Shown here: in pieces, positions 6,821 to 14,644 of the stretch | How positions within the stretch are numbered: position 1 is the first letter of the stretch | Layout of the letters: each line of letters starts with the position of its first letter | NCBI GenBank assembly: GCA_013331805.1 | Contig: DUFS01000003.1 | Coordinates: 1-19,667, forward strand | Source: Candidatus Micrarchaeota archaeon | GTDB lineage: Archaea > Micrarchaeota > Micrarchaeia > Anstonellales > Anstonellaceae | Reading direction: 5' to 3' | Length of the DNA stretch: 19,667 nucleotides | Notes under the pieces: model-generated | What the model was told of the DNA's origin: nothing | Database searches by the model: none | Seen by the model: only the letters and a program-made list of their open reading frames with translations | Position numbers and translations under genes: made by a program

Positions 6821-6858
6821 ATCACCTGTGTTATTTTATGTAAGAATAAGTATTTAAA
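6821..6858 (-). promoter_or_regulatory. TATA box and SD for the inserted gene
   Basis: TTTAAATA (6858-6851) and AGGTGAT (6827-6821) on the minus strand. Confidence 0.65.
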
Positions 6859-6919
6859 GCTTGCCATTCGACGTAAAGAAAGCTTAAGGGCCGACTTCTT
6901 GCCTGAGACAAAAGCAGGC

Positions 6920-7360
6920 TTACTTTTCCTCTTCAGCTTTGGGCGCTGGCCCTGCGAACCTTTCAACCGAGCCGCCGGCAGCCTTGATTTTCCCCTCTGC
7001 GCCTTCGGAGAAAGCCATCGCCTTCACTGCAACGGGCTTACTGATTGAGCCGGTCCCCAGCACCTTGCCCTGGAACTCGAAATAGTCCCTGCCCTCTTTT
7101 TTCTCAAGCTTCCCGGAAAGCGCAAGCTGCCCGATTTCGTAGATGTTTATTGTCTTCATCCTGCGCTTCTTCACCGAGGCAAAGCCGTGCACCCCGAAAA
7201 AGTCAGGCTCGTAAGTCGTTATGTAGGTGAAGCGGTGCTTGTGCATGCCCGCCCTTCCCCAGCCGCCCTTGTTCCCCTTTCCTCGGCGGTTCTTTGTGTT
7301 GCCCTTGCCGTGGTTGCGGGTCCCTTGGAACTTCCTGCTGCGTTTTCTTTCCCTTGCCAT
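6920..7360 (-). CDS. rpl15: 50S ribosomal protein uL15
   Basis: KSRKFQGTRNHGKG..RRGKGNKGGWGRAGMHKH, KVLGTG, KIKAAGG. Confidence 0.96.
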   Translation of the reverse strand: MARERKRSRKFQGTRNHGKGNTKNRRGKGNKGGWGRAGMHKHRFTYITTYEPDFFGVHGFASVKKRRMKTINIYEIGQLALSGKLEKKEGRDYFEFQGKVLGTGSISKPVAVKAMAFSEGAEGKIKAAGGSVERFAGPAPKAEEEK

Positions 7361-7371
7361 ATGAACACCAT

Positions 7372-7812
7372 TCAAGCCATGCTTGAAATCAATTCATTGA
7401 TATTCGGATTCTTGCCCACAGGGCCGAATGGGACGTGCGCCTTCCTTTTCCCAAAACCCCCTCGCGGAGGCGAAAGGAAAAACACCGGCGAAACGCCCAG
7501 CTCCTCAAGCTTTTTGGGGGAAGATTCCGCTTCCGAGGCGATTTTTTCTATCTCCTCGGGCTTTTTTACGTCTGTTAGCTTTTTTCCGTCAATTGCCCTG
7601 CCCCTTTTTGAAAGCAAAAGGGCGATTGACTCCTTGTTCGCCTCGCCGAAGGAGACCACGTCCTTGCAGGCCTGGATCATTCCCTTGGCAGTTGCGCCCT
7701 CGGGAAGCAGCGTGCAGGCGTAAAGCCTGTCCAGCTTAAGGTCGATTAGCGTATTTTTCACGCTGGGGGAGACGGAAAACTTCCCCTTCAGCCTGATCAC
7801 GGCGATTTTCAT
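7372..7812 (-). CDS. rpl30: 50S ribosomal protein uL30 (archaeal long form)
   Basis: IAVIRLKG, TL..LKL, F.LSPPRGGF, INELI..M. Confidence 0.94.
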   Translation of the reverse strand: MKIAVIRLKGKFSVSPSVKNTLIDLKLDRLYACTLLPEGATAKGMIQACKDVVSFGEANKESIALLLSKRGRAIDGKKLTDVKKPEEIEKIASEAESSPKKLEELGVSPVFFLSPPRGGFGKRKAHVPFGPVGKNPNINELISSMA

Positions 7813-8501
7813 GAGGACACCTTTTCTCCGGACTTCAATTTCACCTGGGACTCTATGATAGGCTCCCAGCCGTCCTTGATGCGCATGCTGTTCAGCCGCT
7901 CTATGGCGTCGACAACGGCCATTGAAGTGTTGTAAATGTTCCTGGTGTGGCCGCGGGAAAAGCTCCAGACGTCCTTCACGCCAGCGAATGCCAGCACCTT
8001 TTTCACCACGTCGTTTGCCACCAGACCGATTCCCAGGGGCGCGGGCTTGAGGGTCACTTCAACGCTTCCTGCCTTGCCCACCACCTTTATGGGAATGGTG
8101 TGCTTGAACTTGCCGGTTTTTCCAAGGGGGACCGAGATTATGTTCCTCTTCGCGTTCTTGATCGCGGACTCGATGGCGGGCTTGACCTCCTCGCTTTTCC
8201 CTGCGCCGACCCCCACGTGGCCGTTCCTGTCGCCCACCAGCACGATTGCGCGGAACTGCGCCTTCCTGCCGTTGTCGGTCATTCGCTGGGTGGAGGAAAC
8301 TTCAAGCGTCTGCTCCTCGAGGTTGGGGTAAAGGTGGTCGACGATCTCGTGTTCGAGTATTTTCTTGCCCATGAAGAAAATTTCCTCAACCGAAGTCACA
8401 GAGCCTGACTTTACCTGCCTCCCTATGTCGGTTTTGGGAATCCACTCTGGCTTGGGCTCGTCCGATTGCCTTCTCCTCCCCCGCTGTTCGAATCTTGCCA
8501 T
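7809..8501 (-). CDS. rps5: 30S ribosomal protein uS5
   Basis: WIPKT.IGR.V, QRMTDNGR..FRAIV.VGD.NG.VG.G, PAP.G.GLVA, AGVKDVWS. Confidence 0.97.
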   Translation of the reverse strand: MARFEQRGRRRQSDEPKPEWIPKTDIGRQVKSGSVTSVEEIFFMGKKILEHEIVDHLYPNLEEQTLEVSSTQRMTDNGRKAQFRAIVLVGDRNGHVGVGAGKSEEVKPAIESAIKNAKRNIISVPLGKTGKFKHTIPIKVVGKAGSVEVTLKPAPLGIGLVANDVVKKVLAFAGVKDVWSFSRGHTRNIYNTSMAVVDAIERLNSMRIKDGWEPIIESQVKLKSGEKVSS

Positions 8502-8515
8502 TTTTTCACCATCAT

Positions 8516-9100
8516 CTAAATGTTCTTTATCCTGCCCTTTGCGGTATTGAACGCGTCCACGATGTTCTCAGGGTTGAAATTCTCCTTTACGTAAGCGGAG
8601 AATATCCTGCCATATGCCTTCTCGTCCTTGGACTTCAGCTGCTTGGCGTAGGCGGCGATCGCGGCGCCCGTTATCCTGTCCTCGGATATCATCTCCGTTG
8701 TGTAATTGGTCTTCAGGCCTGAATCGATTGCGCCGCGCAGCGCGGCGAACATGAGCGATCCTTTGGACGGGGTGTGCATGCCTATGTCCAGGTTGAATTC
8801 CTTGACGCCCTTCTTGGACGCCGCTTTTCCGGCCAAGAAGCCGCAGAGGTAGGCGGTTGGCGAGTTGCAACGGGGCGACCAGCCGTATTCCTTAAGCTGC
8901 ATCGAGCGCGCTTCTGCAAGAACCTTGTCGCCCTTTGCCGAGAACTCCACGAACTGCGCCAGCACCCCCTTGGAGGACTTGCGCACCACCAGCCGCGGCA
9001 CCATGCCCTTGACAAGGGCCAGGCGCTTGGCGTAGTTTGTAAGGTTGCTCCTCCTTCTGCGGAATCCCACCTTGTATGCCGGCCCTGTGGCTTTGCTCAC
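8516..9100 (-). CDS. rpl18: 50S ribosomal protein uL18
   Basis: GPAYKV.FRRRR...TNY.KRLAL, RLVVRKS, N.PTAYL.G, LDIG. Start GTG 9100 (or 9109). Confidence 0.96.
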   Translation of the reverse strand: MSKATGPAYKVGFRRRRSNLTNYAKRLALVKGMVPRLVVRKSSKGVLAQFVEFSAKGDKVLAEARSMQLKEYGWSPRCNSPTAYLCGFLAGKAASKKGVKEFNLDIGMHTPSKGSLMFAALRGAIDSGLKTNYTTEMISEDRITGAAIAAYAKQLKSKDEKAYGRIFSAYVKENFNPENIVDAFNTAKGRIKNI

Positions 9101-9186
9101 ATCAATCACATCACAAATTCTTCATTCACTTCACTCGCTTTCTTACGCCAATCATATCCCCGCTGTCCGTTCGCATCAATCACATC
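9100..9186. repeat. 13-bp direct repeat flanking a 61-bp spacer between eL19 and uL18
   Basis: CATCAATCACATC at 9100-9112 and 9174-9186. Confidence 0.8.
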
Positions 9187-9187
9187 T

Positions 9188-9649
9188 CTATTGCTGCTTC
9201 TTTTCCACCATCATCTTGTTGTCGCGAAGATAGGTGTCCATTACCTTGACACCCTTGAACGCGTTGCCCTTGATCATCCTGTAAATCTTCCTGACAGCGT
9301 CCTGCCTGATCATTTTGGCGTCGACCAGCATGAACAGGTATTTCCTCTGGGCCCTGACCCTGGACATCCAGGTTGGCTTCTGCCCCACCCTGGTCCCGAA
9401 CGTCCCCTTCCTGCTGCCCCTGCCAAAGCGCCTGCCTTTTTTCATCTGGGCGCTTTTCACCCTTCCGCGCAGGCGCGAAACTCCGCGCGGCTGGATTGCG
9501 CGTATCGCGCCGTCCTTGATGAGCCCGCGGACATCCTCGCGTGTCAGCGCCTCGGATATTTTGGATGCGTCTTCCGGGCGGAATCTTATTTTCGACTCCC
9601 CGACATGGAGCACCTCTGATGCGATGCGCCTTACTGTGTTCATTGCCAT
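9188..9649 (-). CDS. rpl19e: 50S ribosomal protein eL19
   Basis: RRIASEVL.VG..KI, TREDVR.LI.DG.I, G.GSRKG, W..RVRAQR, Y..IKGNAF. Confidence 0.96.
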   Translation of the reverse strand: MAMNTVRRIASEVLHVGESKIRFRPEDASKISEALTREDVRGLIKDGAIRAIQPRGVSRLRGRVKSAQMKKGRRFGRGSRKGTFGTRVGQKPTWMSRVRAQRKYLFMLVDAKMIRQDAVRKIYRMIKGNAFKGVKVMDTYLRDNKMMVEKKQQ

Positions 9650-9660
9650 AAATACCACGT

Positions 9661-10179
9661 TTAATTTTGCGATTTGGGAACCGTGTCAGGCTTCCCGTTT
9701 TTCCCTTCTTCCTTCGCTATGGTTTTCCCTTCCTTTTTTTCCTCAGGCGCCTGTTCCGGCTTTTTTTCCGCCTTAGCCTCCTTTTTTTCCTCAGGCTTTG
9801 CGGCCTTTTTCCTCACTTGCTTCACAGGATATTTCTTCTCCTTGTTGAGGACAGGAAGCTTCATGGACTCTGCCATTTTGATGAGCTCCAGGCGCTTCTT
9901 CCTTCCCACGCCAGAGGCTATTCGGACTGCGACGCCCTTGAGATTGGTTAGCTCGGACAATGAGTGAACCAGCGCCTCGGGCATGCCGATCGGGTGGAAA
10001 TGCCTGATTTCCGACGGCTGGCCGTAGCCTATGGATGGCGATGCGCCCATGTAGGCGATCTTGAGGCGCTTCTTGTTGTCGATCCCGCGCTGCCGCCTCC
10101 ACGCCTTCTTTATCCTGCTGCGGCTGGACCTGCCAAAGTTCGGGCGCAGGAATTTCGGATGCTTCCTTTTCACTGCCAT
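9661..10179 (-). CDS. rpl32e: 50S ribosomal protein eL32 with charged C-terminal tail
   Basis: KHPKFLR, WRR.RGIDNK.R, P.IGYG, HP.G, IASGVG.KKR. Confidence 0.96.
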   Translation of the reverse strand: MAVKRKHPKFLRPNFGRSSRSRIKKAWRRQRGIDNKKRLKIAYMGASPSIGYGQPSEIRHFHPIGMPEALVHSLSELTNLKGVAVRIASGVGRKKRLELIKMAESMKLPVLNKEKKYPVKQVRKKAAKPEEKKEAKAEKKPEQAPEEKKEGKTIAKEEGKNGKPDTVPKSQN

Positions 10180-10198
10180 GCTCATCAACTTTTCCCTT

Positions 10199-10684
10199 TC
10201 ACGATTCTATTTCGTAGAACCCGTCCTGGAACACGCGCGAATCGCGGTTGCGGATCTTGGTTGCCGACTTGAGGTTGGCAAAAGTCTGCCCAACGTCGTC
10301 CTTGGAGATTCCGGATATGGAAAGCTCCTGGCCCTTGGACTCGACTTTTGTCTGCCCCCTTATCGATGATTTCCTGGGCTGCTTTTCCCCCATGAAGTTC
10401 TTTATCAGTATTTCCTTCCCCTTGACCTCGACCGAAATCGGGAAGTGGGAAAACAGTATTTTGAGCTTTTTTGAGTAGCCCTGCGTCACCCCGAGCGCCA
10501 TGTTGCGGACGTGCGATTCGATGGTGGTTGCCATTTCCTTGCTGCCTGTGACCTCAAGCTCTCCGCCCTTCATCTCCATCTTCACGTCCGGGCGGGAAAA
10601 GGACATGGAAATCGCCCCCTTGGGCCCGCTGATGGTGACCTTGTGGCCGTCCAGCGATGCTTTCACTCCTTCTGGCAATTTCAT
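10199..10684 (-). CDS. rpl6: 50S ribosomal protein uL6
   Basis: Real start ATG 10684 (MKLPEGV); GPKG, NM..GVT.GY, SHFPI, NFMGEK.PR, RD.RVFQDG.Y. The upstream part of the track ORF overlaps uS8. Confidence 0.95.
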   Translation of the reverse strand: MKLPEGVKASLDGHKVTISGPKGAISMSFSRPDVKMEMKGGELEVTGSKEMATTIESHVRNMALGVTQGYSKKLKILFSHFPISVEVKGKEILIKNFMGEKQPRKSSIRGQTKVESKGQELSISGISKDDVGQTFANLKSATKIRNRDSRVFQDGFYEIES

Positions 10685-10692
10685 TTTCCCAC

Positions 10693-11079
10693 CTAGTAAA
10701 CGTAAGCTATGAGCCTTCCGCCCAAGCCCTTTTCCTTCGCTTCGTCGTTCGTCATCAATCCGTCGGGCGTGGAGACCACGAACATTCCGAAGCCCACCCC
10801 TGGCAGGTACTTGCTCTCCCACTCGTTCCATTCGCTCCTCTTCACTGCAAAGCGGGGCTTGACTGCCGAGCACTGGTTGACCCTGCCCAGGAGCTTTATC
10901 TTGAAGTATCCGTTCTTCCCGTCGTCCACGAACTCGAAGTCCCCGATGAAGCCCTTGCGCTGCAGTATCTTGAGAGTCTCGCGCACCAGCTTGGAAGGCT
11001 TTACCTCGCACGCCGGCTTGCAGAACATCTCGTGTGTCTTGATGGCGTTGAGCGCATCAGCCAATGGGTCGTTTGCCAT
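10693..11079 (-). CDS. rps8: 30S ribosomal protein uS8
   Basis: DPLADAL..IK, P.SKL, G.IG.FE.VDDG..G, VKPRF, STP.GLMT, GG.L.AYVY. Confidence 0.97.
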   Translation of the reverse strand: MANDPLADALNAIKTHEMFCKPACEVKPSKLVRETLKILQRKGFIGDFEFVDDGKNGYFKIKLLGRVNQCSAVKPRFAVKRSEWNEWESKYLPGVGFGMFVVSTPDGLMTNDEAKEKGLGGRLIAYVY

Positions 11080-11097
11080 AATCATCCCTCAGGATCG

Positions 11098-11280
11098 TCA
11101 GTATTTCCTGAAACCTATCTCCTCCGCGACCTCGCGGAAGCACCTTCTGCATATCTTCATCCCGTATGAGCGAATGAGCGCGCGCGCCGAGCCGCAGAAG
11201 CGGCATTTCCTCATTCCCTTGCCCTGGAACTTGTGCTCGATCGGCATCCCTTTCTGTTTTTTCTTCTCTTTTTCAGCCAT
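11098..11280 (-). CDS. rps14: 30S ribosomal protein uS14
   Basis: [25 protein letters not shown] (Zn finger intact). Confidence 0.96.
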   Translation of the reverse strand: MAEKEKKKQKGMPIEHKFQGKGMRKCRFCGSARALIRSYGMKICRRCFREVAEEIGFRKY

Positions 11281-11298
11281 GCAAAACCCCTTCAATGA

Positions 11299-11808
11299 TT
11301 ATTCCACTTTCACCTGGAGAACATTTTTCGCGAACTCAATCCCGTCGTCCTTGGTCAGCCTGTGGTGGTGGCCGACTTTGGCCTTGCCCCTCCTTCTCTT
11401 GCCCACGCGGAAGCCGCGCCTGCGAAGCGTGATGCACACGTCGAATCCCAGCATGCCTATCTGCGGGTCGTACTTCGCGCCCGGGAACTCGATGTATTCT
11501 GGAACTCCGAACGAGAAGTTGCCCTCCTTGTCAAATGAGCGGCTGGGAAGCGAAAAGCCCTTGACCTTGAGCGCCTTTTTCACGAATTCAATAGCGGACG
11601 GCCCGCGCAAGGTCGCCTTGGTGCCGATGATGTCCCCTTTCTTTATCCTGAACACCGGGTTCCTCACCTTGGCATGCGTGGGAACAGCCTTGGCGCCGGA
11701 CAGCCGCTCGAGAAGGGACTTGGCGTTCTCCAGCTCCTGGCCTGCCTTGCCCACGCCGATGTTCAGCGTGACCTTGTCCACCACAGCTTCCCTCATCTTG
11801 TTTTCCAT
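11299..11808 (-). CDS. rpl5: 50S ribosomal protein uL5
   Basis: KVTLNIGVG, F.IKKGD.IG.K.TLRG, FD..GNFSFG, YDP.IG..G.DV. Confidence 0.97.
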   Translation of the reverse strand: MENKMREAVVDKVTLNIGVGKAGQELENAKSLLERLSGAKAVPTHAKVRNPVFRIKKGDIIGTKATLRGPSAIEFVKKALKVKGFSLPSRSFDKEGNFSFGVPEYIEFPGAKYDPQIGMLGFDVCITLRRRGFRVGKRRRGKAKVGHHHRLTKDDGIEFAKNVLQVKVE

Positions 11809-11834
11809 TTTTTCCACCGTTCAACCGGAAATCT

Positions 11835-12536
11835 TCATGAATAATTGGAGTCCACCGCGAACAGGTACTTTGCCACGGTCACGAACTCGCCTGCAAGGCC
11901 CTTGAGGAGCGCCTCGGGCTCGTGAGACCCTGGCCTCTCGATCATTTTCTCGAGCCTGGCAATGTCGCCCCTGTGCTTGCCCTCGGTCACCAGGCACTGC
12001 GCGCCCGGCTCGAGCTTGATGTGCGAAAGCAGCTTGAAATCCGGCACGGAAAGCACGCAGGTGTCCCCTGTGCTTATGTGCTTGTCGCCAAGGTAATTCC
12101 TCCCGTCGTGGAAGGTGAGCGAGATTTTTCCGCCCCTGATCGTCTGCTTGCCCACCACCTTGAGGTATTTCGAGCCTGCAGCCTCTGCGCTGATCACTTT
12201 GGGCACCATGTCAGGGCCCTTGAGAGATATCCTGTAGCTCTTTTTCTCCAAAGGCAATGAGAGGACGTCCATCAGGCCGATCGGAAACTTCACGTCCTTG
12301 ATATTCCTGCCGTCCACCAGGAAGCCGCCGCTGTTGAGGATTTTCTTCGCCTCATGCAGGTTGCGCGAAAGCTTAAGGACGTCGCGTATGAGCACGCCTG
12401 TTGATATGCTGTCCTTCTTCTTGTGGGGCCCCGGCGCTGAAGCAAGCAGCCACTTGACTTTCTTGCGCTGGATTACGCCCAGCCTCTTGTCAGCCCGCAT
12501 CCGGACCATGTGCCTTGAACCGCCTTTTTTCGACAT
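11835..12536 (-). CDS. rps4e: 30S ribosomal protein eS4
   Basis: PGPH, IRDVL, VDGR...D.KFPIGLMDV, HDGRN, G.H.G. Confidence 0.96.
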   Translation of the reverse strand: MSKKGGSRHMVRMRADKRLGVIQRKKVKWLLASAPGPHKKKDSISTGVLIRDVLKLSRNLHEAKKILNSGGFLVDGRNIKDVKFPIGLMDVLSLPLEKKSYRISLKGPDMVPKVISAEAAGSKYLKVVGKQTIRGGKISLTFHDGRNYLGDKHISTGDTCVLSVPDFKLLSHIKLEPGAQCLVTEGKHRGDIARLEKMIERPGSHEPEALLKGLAGEFVTVAKYLFAVDSNYS

Positions 12537-12541
12537 AAAAA

Positions 12542-12925
12542 TCATCCCTGAATGTTCGCTTTTGCCTTACCAGATCTCTTTATCATTTCAAGCCTGTCCT
12601 TGGTGAACTCGCCTTCCATTATGAGCAGGTTTGACGGGTCGATCGGCATGAGCTTTTCCACTCCCTTTGCAGTGCGCTGCGAAACGCCCTCCACGTATGC
12701 CTTGAGGTTGGAAAGGTCGACTTCGATCACCTTGCCAACGTGCCCCTTCCTGCCCCCTCGCATGACCTTCACCTTGTCGCCCTTGTGCAGCGGCGCGTTC
12801 CTTTTCCTGGTGGAAAGCTTGGCGCGAAGCTCCTTGGAAAGGTGCGAGCTTGCCATTTTCCTCCGCAGATGAAGCGGCGCATCGTACCTGAATTTCCTCT
12901 GCTTCCTTGCCTGTATCGAGTCCAT
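12542..12925 (-). CDS. rpl24: 50S ribosomal protein uL24
   Basis: S.Q.RKQRK..Y.APLH.R, LSKELR, KGDKVKVMRG, PIDPSNL. Confidence 0.96.
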   Translation of the reverse strand: MDSIQARKQRKFRYDAPLHLRRKMASSHLSKELRAKLSTRKRNAPLHKGDKVKVMRGGRKGHVGKVIEVDLSNLKAYVEGVSQRTAKGVEKLMPIDPSNLLIMEGEFTKDRLEMIKRSGKAKANIQG

Positions 12926-12935
12926 GAACACCACA

Positions 12936-13334
12936 TCACACTACTGCCGAGGCGATCGCAGCCACCTTGGGGAACCTGGTGGCAACCTCGCGGGCTATCA
13001 CTCCTTTTATCTCGGTCCCCACGGGCAGGCCCTGGTCGTCAATCAAGACGCAGGCGTTGTCCTCGAAGGAGACCCGGGTGCCGTTGGGGCGCCTGAAGGT
13101 CTGCTTCTGCCTTACTATGAGCGCTTTCAGCACCTTCCCCTTCTGGGCGACCGTGCCTTTCTTTACCGCCACTGTCACCAAGTCGCCAATGCCGACCTTT
13201 GGGTACATGGCGCGCTTTGCCTTTGCTCCTGCTACGCCGATGATTGCCACTATCTTTGCCCCGGAGTTGTCGTTGCAGACCATCCTCGATCCGGTCTGCA
13301 GGCCCTTTGTTATGCGTCCGCCCAATCCTTTCAT
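12936..13334 (-). CDS. rpl14: 50S ribosomal protein uL14
   Basis: DNSGAK, GD.V.V.VKKG, VRQK..FRR.NG..V.FEDNA, GTEIKG.IARE. Confidence 0.97.
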   Translation of the reverse strand: MKGLGGRITKGLQTGSRMVCNDNSGAKIVAIIGVAGAKAKRAMYPKVGIGDLVTVAVKKGTVAQKGKVLKALIVRQKQTFRRPNGTRVSFEDNACVLIDDQGLPVGTEIKGVIAREVATRFPKVAAIASAVV

Positions 13335-13364
13335 TTCATCAAAACCTCATCTCAAATTTCAATT

Positions 13365-13736
13365 TCAATCGCGCTTCACTTCGGCTTTTTTCAGCCTTTC
13401 GGCTTCCTCTTCAAGCGCGCGGCCGCCCTTCCTGTCAAGGACCACCTTGCCCGCAGCCTGCTTGATTATCCTTGTGACTATCCAGGCTTTTGTCTTGGAA
13501 ATCTTCCTGCACTCGGCAACTTCCACCTCGTCCCCGAGCTTTGCCCCGATTGATTCCGGATTGTGGACAGGAAGCCGCGACTTGCTCCTAGCGAACCTCT
13601 TGTATTTGGGGAAGCTCTCCAGCGTGTCGTACTCCACTATTACCGTTTTTTTGGAGCGGTCGCTGACCACCACGCCTGTGCGCACATGGCCCCGCGCAAC
13701 GATCGGGCCTTTCCTGTTTGAATTTTCCATCGACAT
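13365..13736 (-). CDS. rps17: 30S ribosomal protein uS17
   Basis: RG....GVVVS....KTV.VE, KY.R..R.KS...HNP, GD.V.VAECR.ISKTK. Confidence 0.95.
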   Translation of the reverse strand: MSMENSNRKGPIVARGHVRTGVVVSDRSKKTVIVEYDTLESFPKYKRFARSKSRLPVHNPESIGAKLGDEVEVAECRKISKTKAWIVTRIIKQAAGKVVLDRKGGRALEEEAERLKKAEVKRD

Positions 13737-14011
13737 TACCTCTTCATTTTCTTCAGCCTGTCGAAAGGCCTAAACGCAATCGATTCCCCGTCCAGCTCAG
13801 TTTTTTCCCCGCCAGGAAGGACGAATTCAAACACGCAGCCTTTTTTCGGGATGCGCCTTTCCGCGCCGTCCTTGCCCAATATCACCAGCGTGTTCTTGGT
13901 CTCGTCCACCACCCTGCCTTCTATCCCCTCGTAGGGAACGGAGAGGCTCCTTGCCACCCGCACCTCAAGGCCGATGAGCTCATGGATGCGCAGGTTCTGC
14001 GGCGTTATCAC
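13736..14011 (-). CDS. rnp1: Ribonuclease P protein component 1 (Rpp29/Pop4)
   Basis: ITPQNL..HELIGL.V.V, GIEG.VVDETKNTL, IPK...VFEF, G..I..RP.DR. Start GTG 14011 after GGTGG SD. Confidence 0.93.
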   Translation of the reverse strand: MITPQNLRIHELIGLEVRVARSLSVPYEGIEGRVVDETKNTLVILGKDGAERRIPKKGCVFEFVLPGGEKTELDGESIAFRPFDRLKKMKR

Positions 14012-14027
14012 GAAAGCCACCGATCCT

Positions 14028-14345
14028 TTATTGCAGGCCTTCCAGGACGGTGATTGCCGACTCCGGGAAACCGAACTGCACCAGGAACTTCTTGATGTTC
14101 CTGCGCTGGTCCCCCTGCAGCACAATTATGCCGTCCTTTGCCGTCCCGCCGCACGCGAGCTTCTGCTTGAGTTCACGGCCGGTTTCCATGAGCTTGGACT
14201 TGTCAATCCCCTCGACTATGGTGACCAGCTTGCGGAACTTCTTCTTCGTCGCGTATGCGCGGATCCTCTGCGTCTCCTCCTTTTCGAGAATGTCGCAGGA
14301 GCAAATCTCCCTTATCAGGCCGCATTTCGGACAGATATCAACCAA
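14028..14345 (-). CDS. sui1: Translation initiation factor aIF1 (SUI1 family)
   Basis: ICPKCGL..EIC.C, K.VTIVEG, LK.KLACGGT.K, LQGD; TTG start after GGAGG. Confidence 0.95.
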   Translation of the reverse strand: MVDICPKCGLIREICSCDILEKEETQRIRAYATKKKFRKLVTIVEGIDKSKLMETGRELKQKLACGGTAKDGIIVLQGDQRRNIKKFLVQFGFPESAITVLEGLQ

Positions 14346-14385
14346 CTGCGTTCTCCTCCGGCCATATGGCCATTTATTATCCTAT

Positions 14386-14634
14386 TCATTTTTTGGGCTC
14401 TTGATCGGCGGGTTTTTTCTTCCCCCTCTCTATGCCCAGCTTCCTTTCGTGCATTATCGTCATTATCCTCGCAACCGTCTTGCGAAGCTCGCGCAGCTTT
14501 CCCGGATTGGAGGTCCTGCCCCCCGAGGCCAGAAGGCCGCGCTCGGAATTCAGCTCCTTTTGGTATTCAAAGAGCTTGGCCGAAAGTTCGCTTTCGGAAA
14601 GCTCCCTTGCCTTGCTGCTTTTCATTATTGCCAT
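14386..14634 (-). CDS. rpl29: 50S ribosomal protein uL29
   Basis: RELS..EL..KL, EL..ER, GG..NPGK.RELRKTVARI.T. Confidence 0.96.
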   Translation of the reverse strand: MAIMKSSKARELSESELSAKLFEYQKELNSERGLLASGGRTSNPGKLRELRKTVARIMTIMHERKLGIERGKKKPADQEPKK

Positions 14635-14644
14635 TTTGATTACC

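Noticed and set aside
10685..11011. Apparent 109-aa N-terminal extension of uL6
   Set aside because: Alternative frame over uS8; ATG 10684 has its own SD-like AGGTGGG and marks the start of uL6 similarity.
10709..11905. Long plus-strand ORFs (398 aa here; also 8774-9619, 12967-13773, 13974-14730)
   Set aside because: Antisense shadows of GC-rich, codon-biased r-protein genes, with Phe/Ser/Leu/Pro-rich translations and no motifs.
14012..14125. N-terminal extension of Rpp29
   Set aside because: Overlaps sui1 in another frame; the conserved ITPQN start and an SD support GTG 14011.
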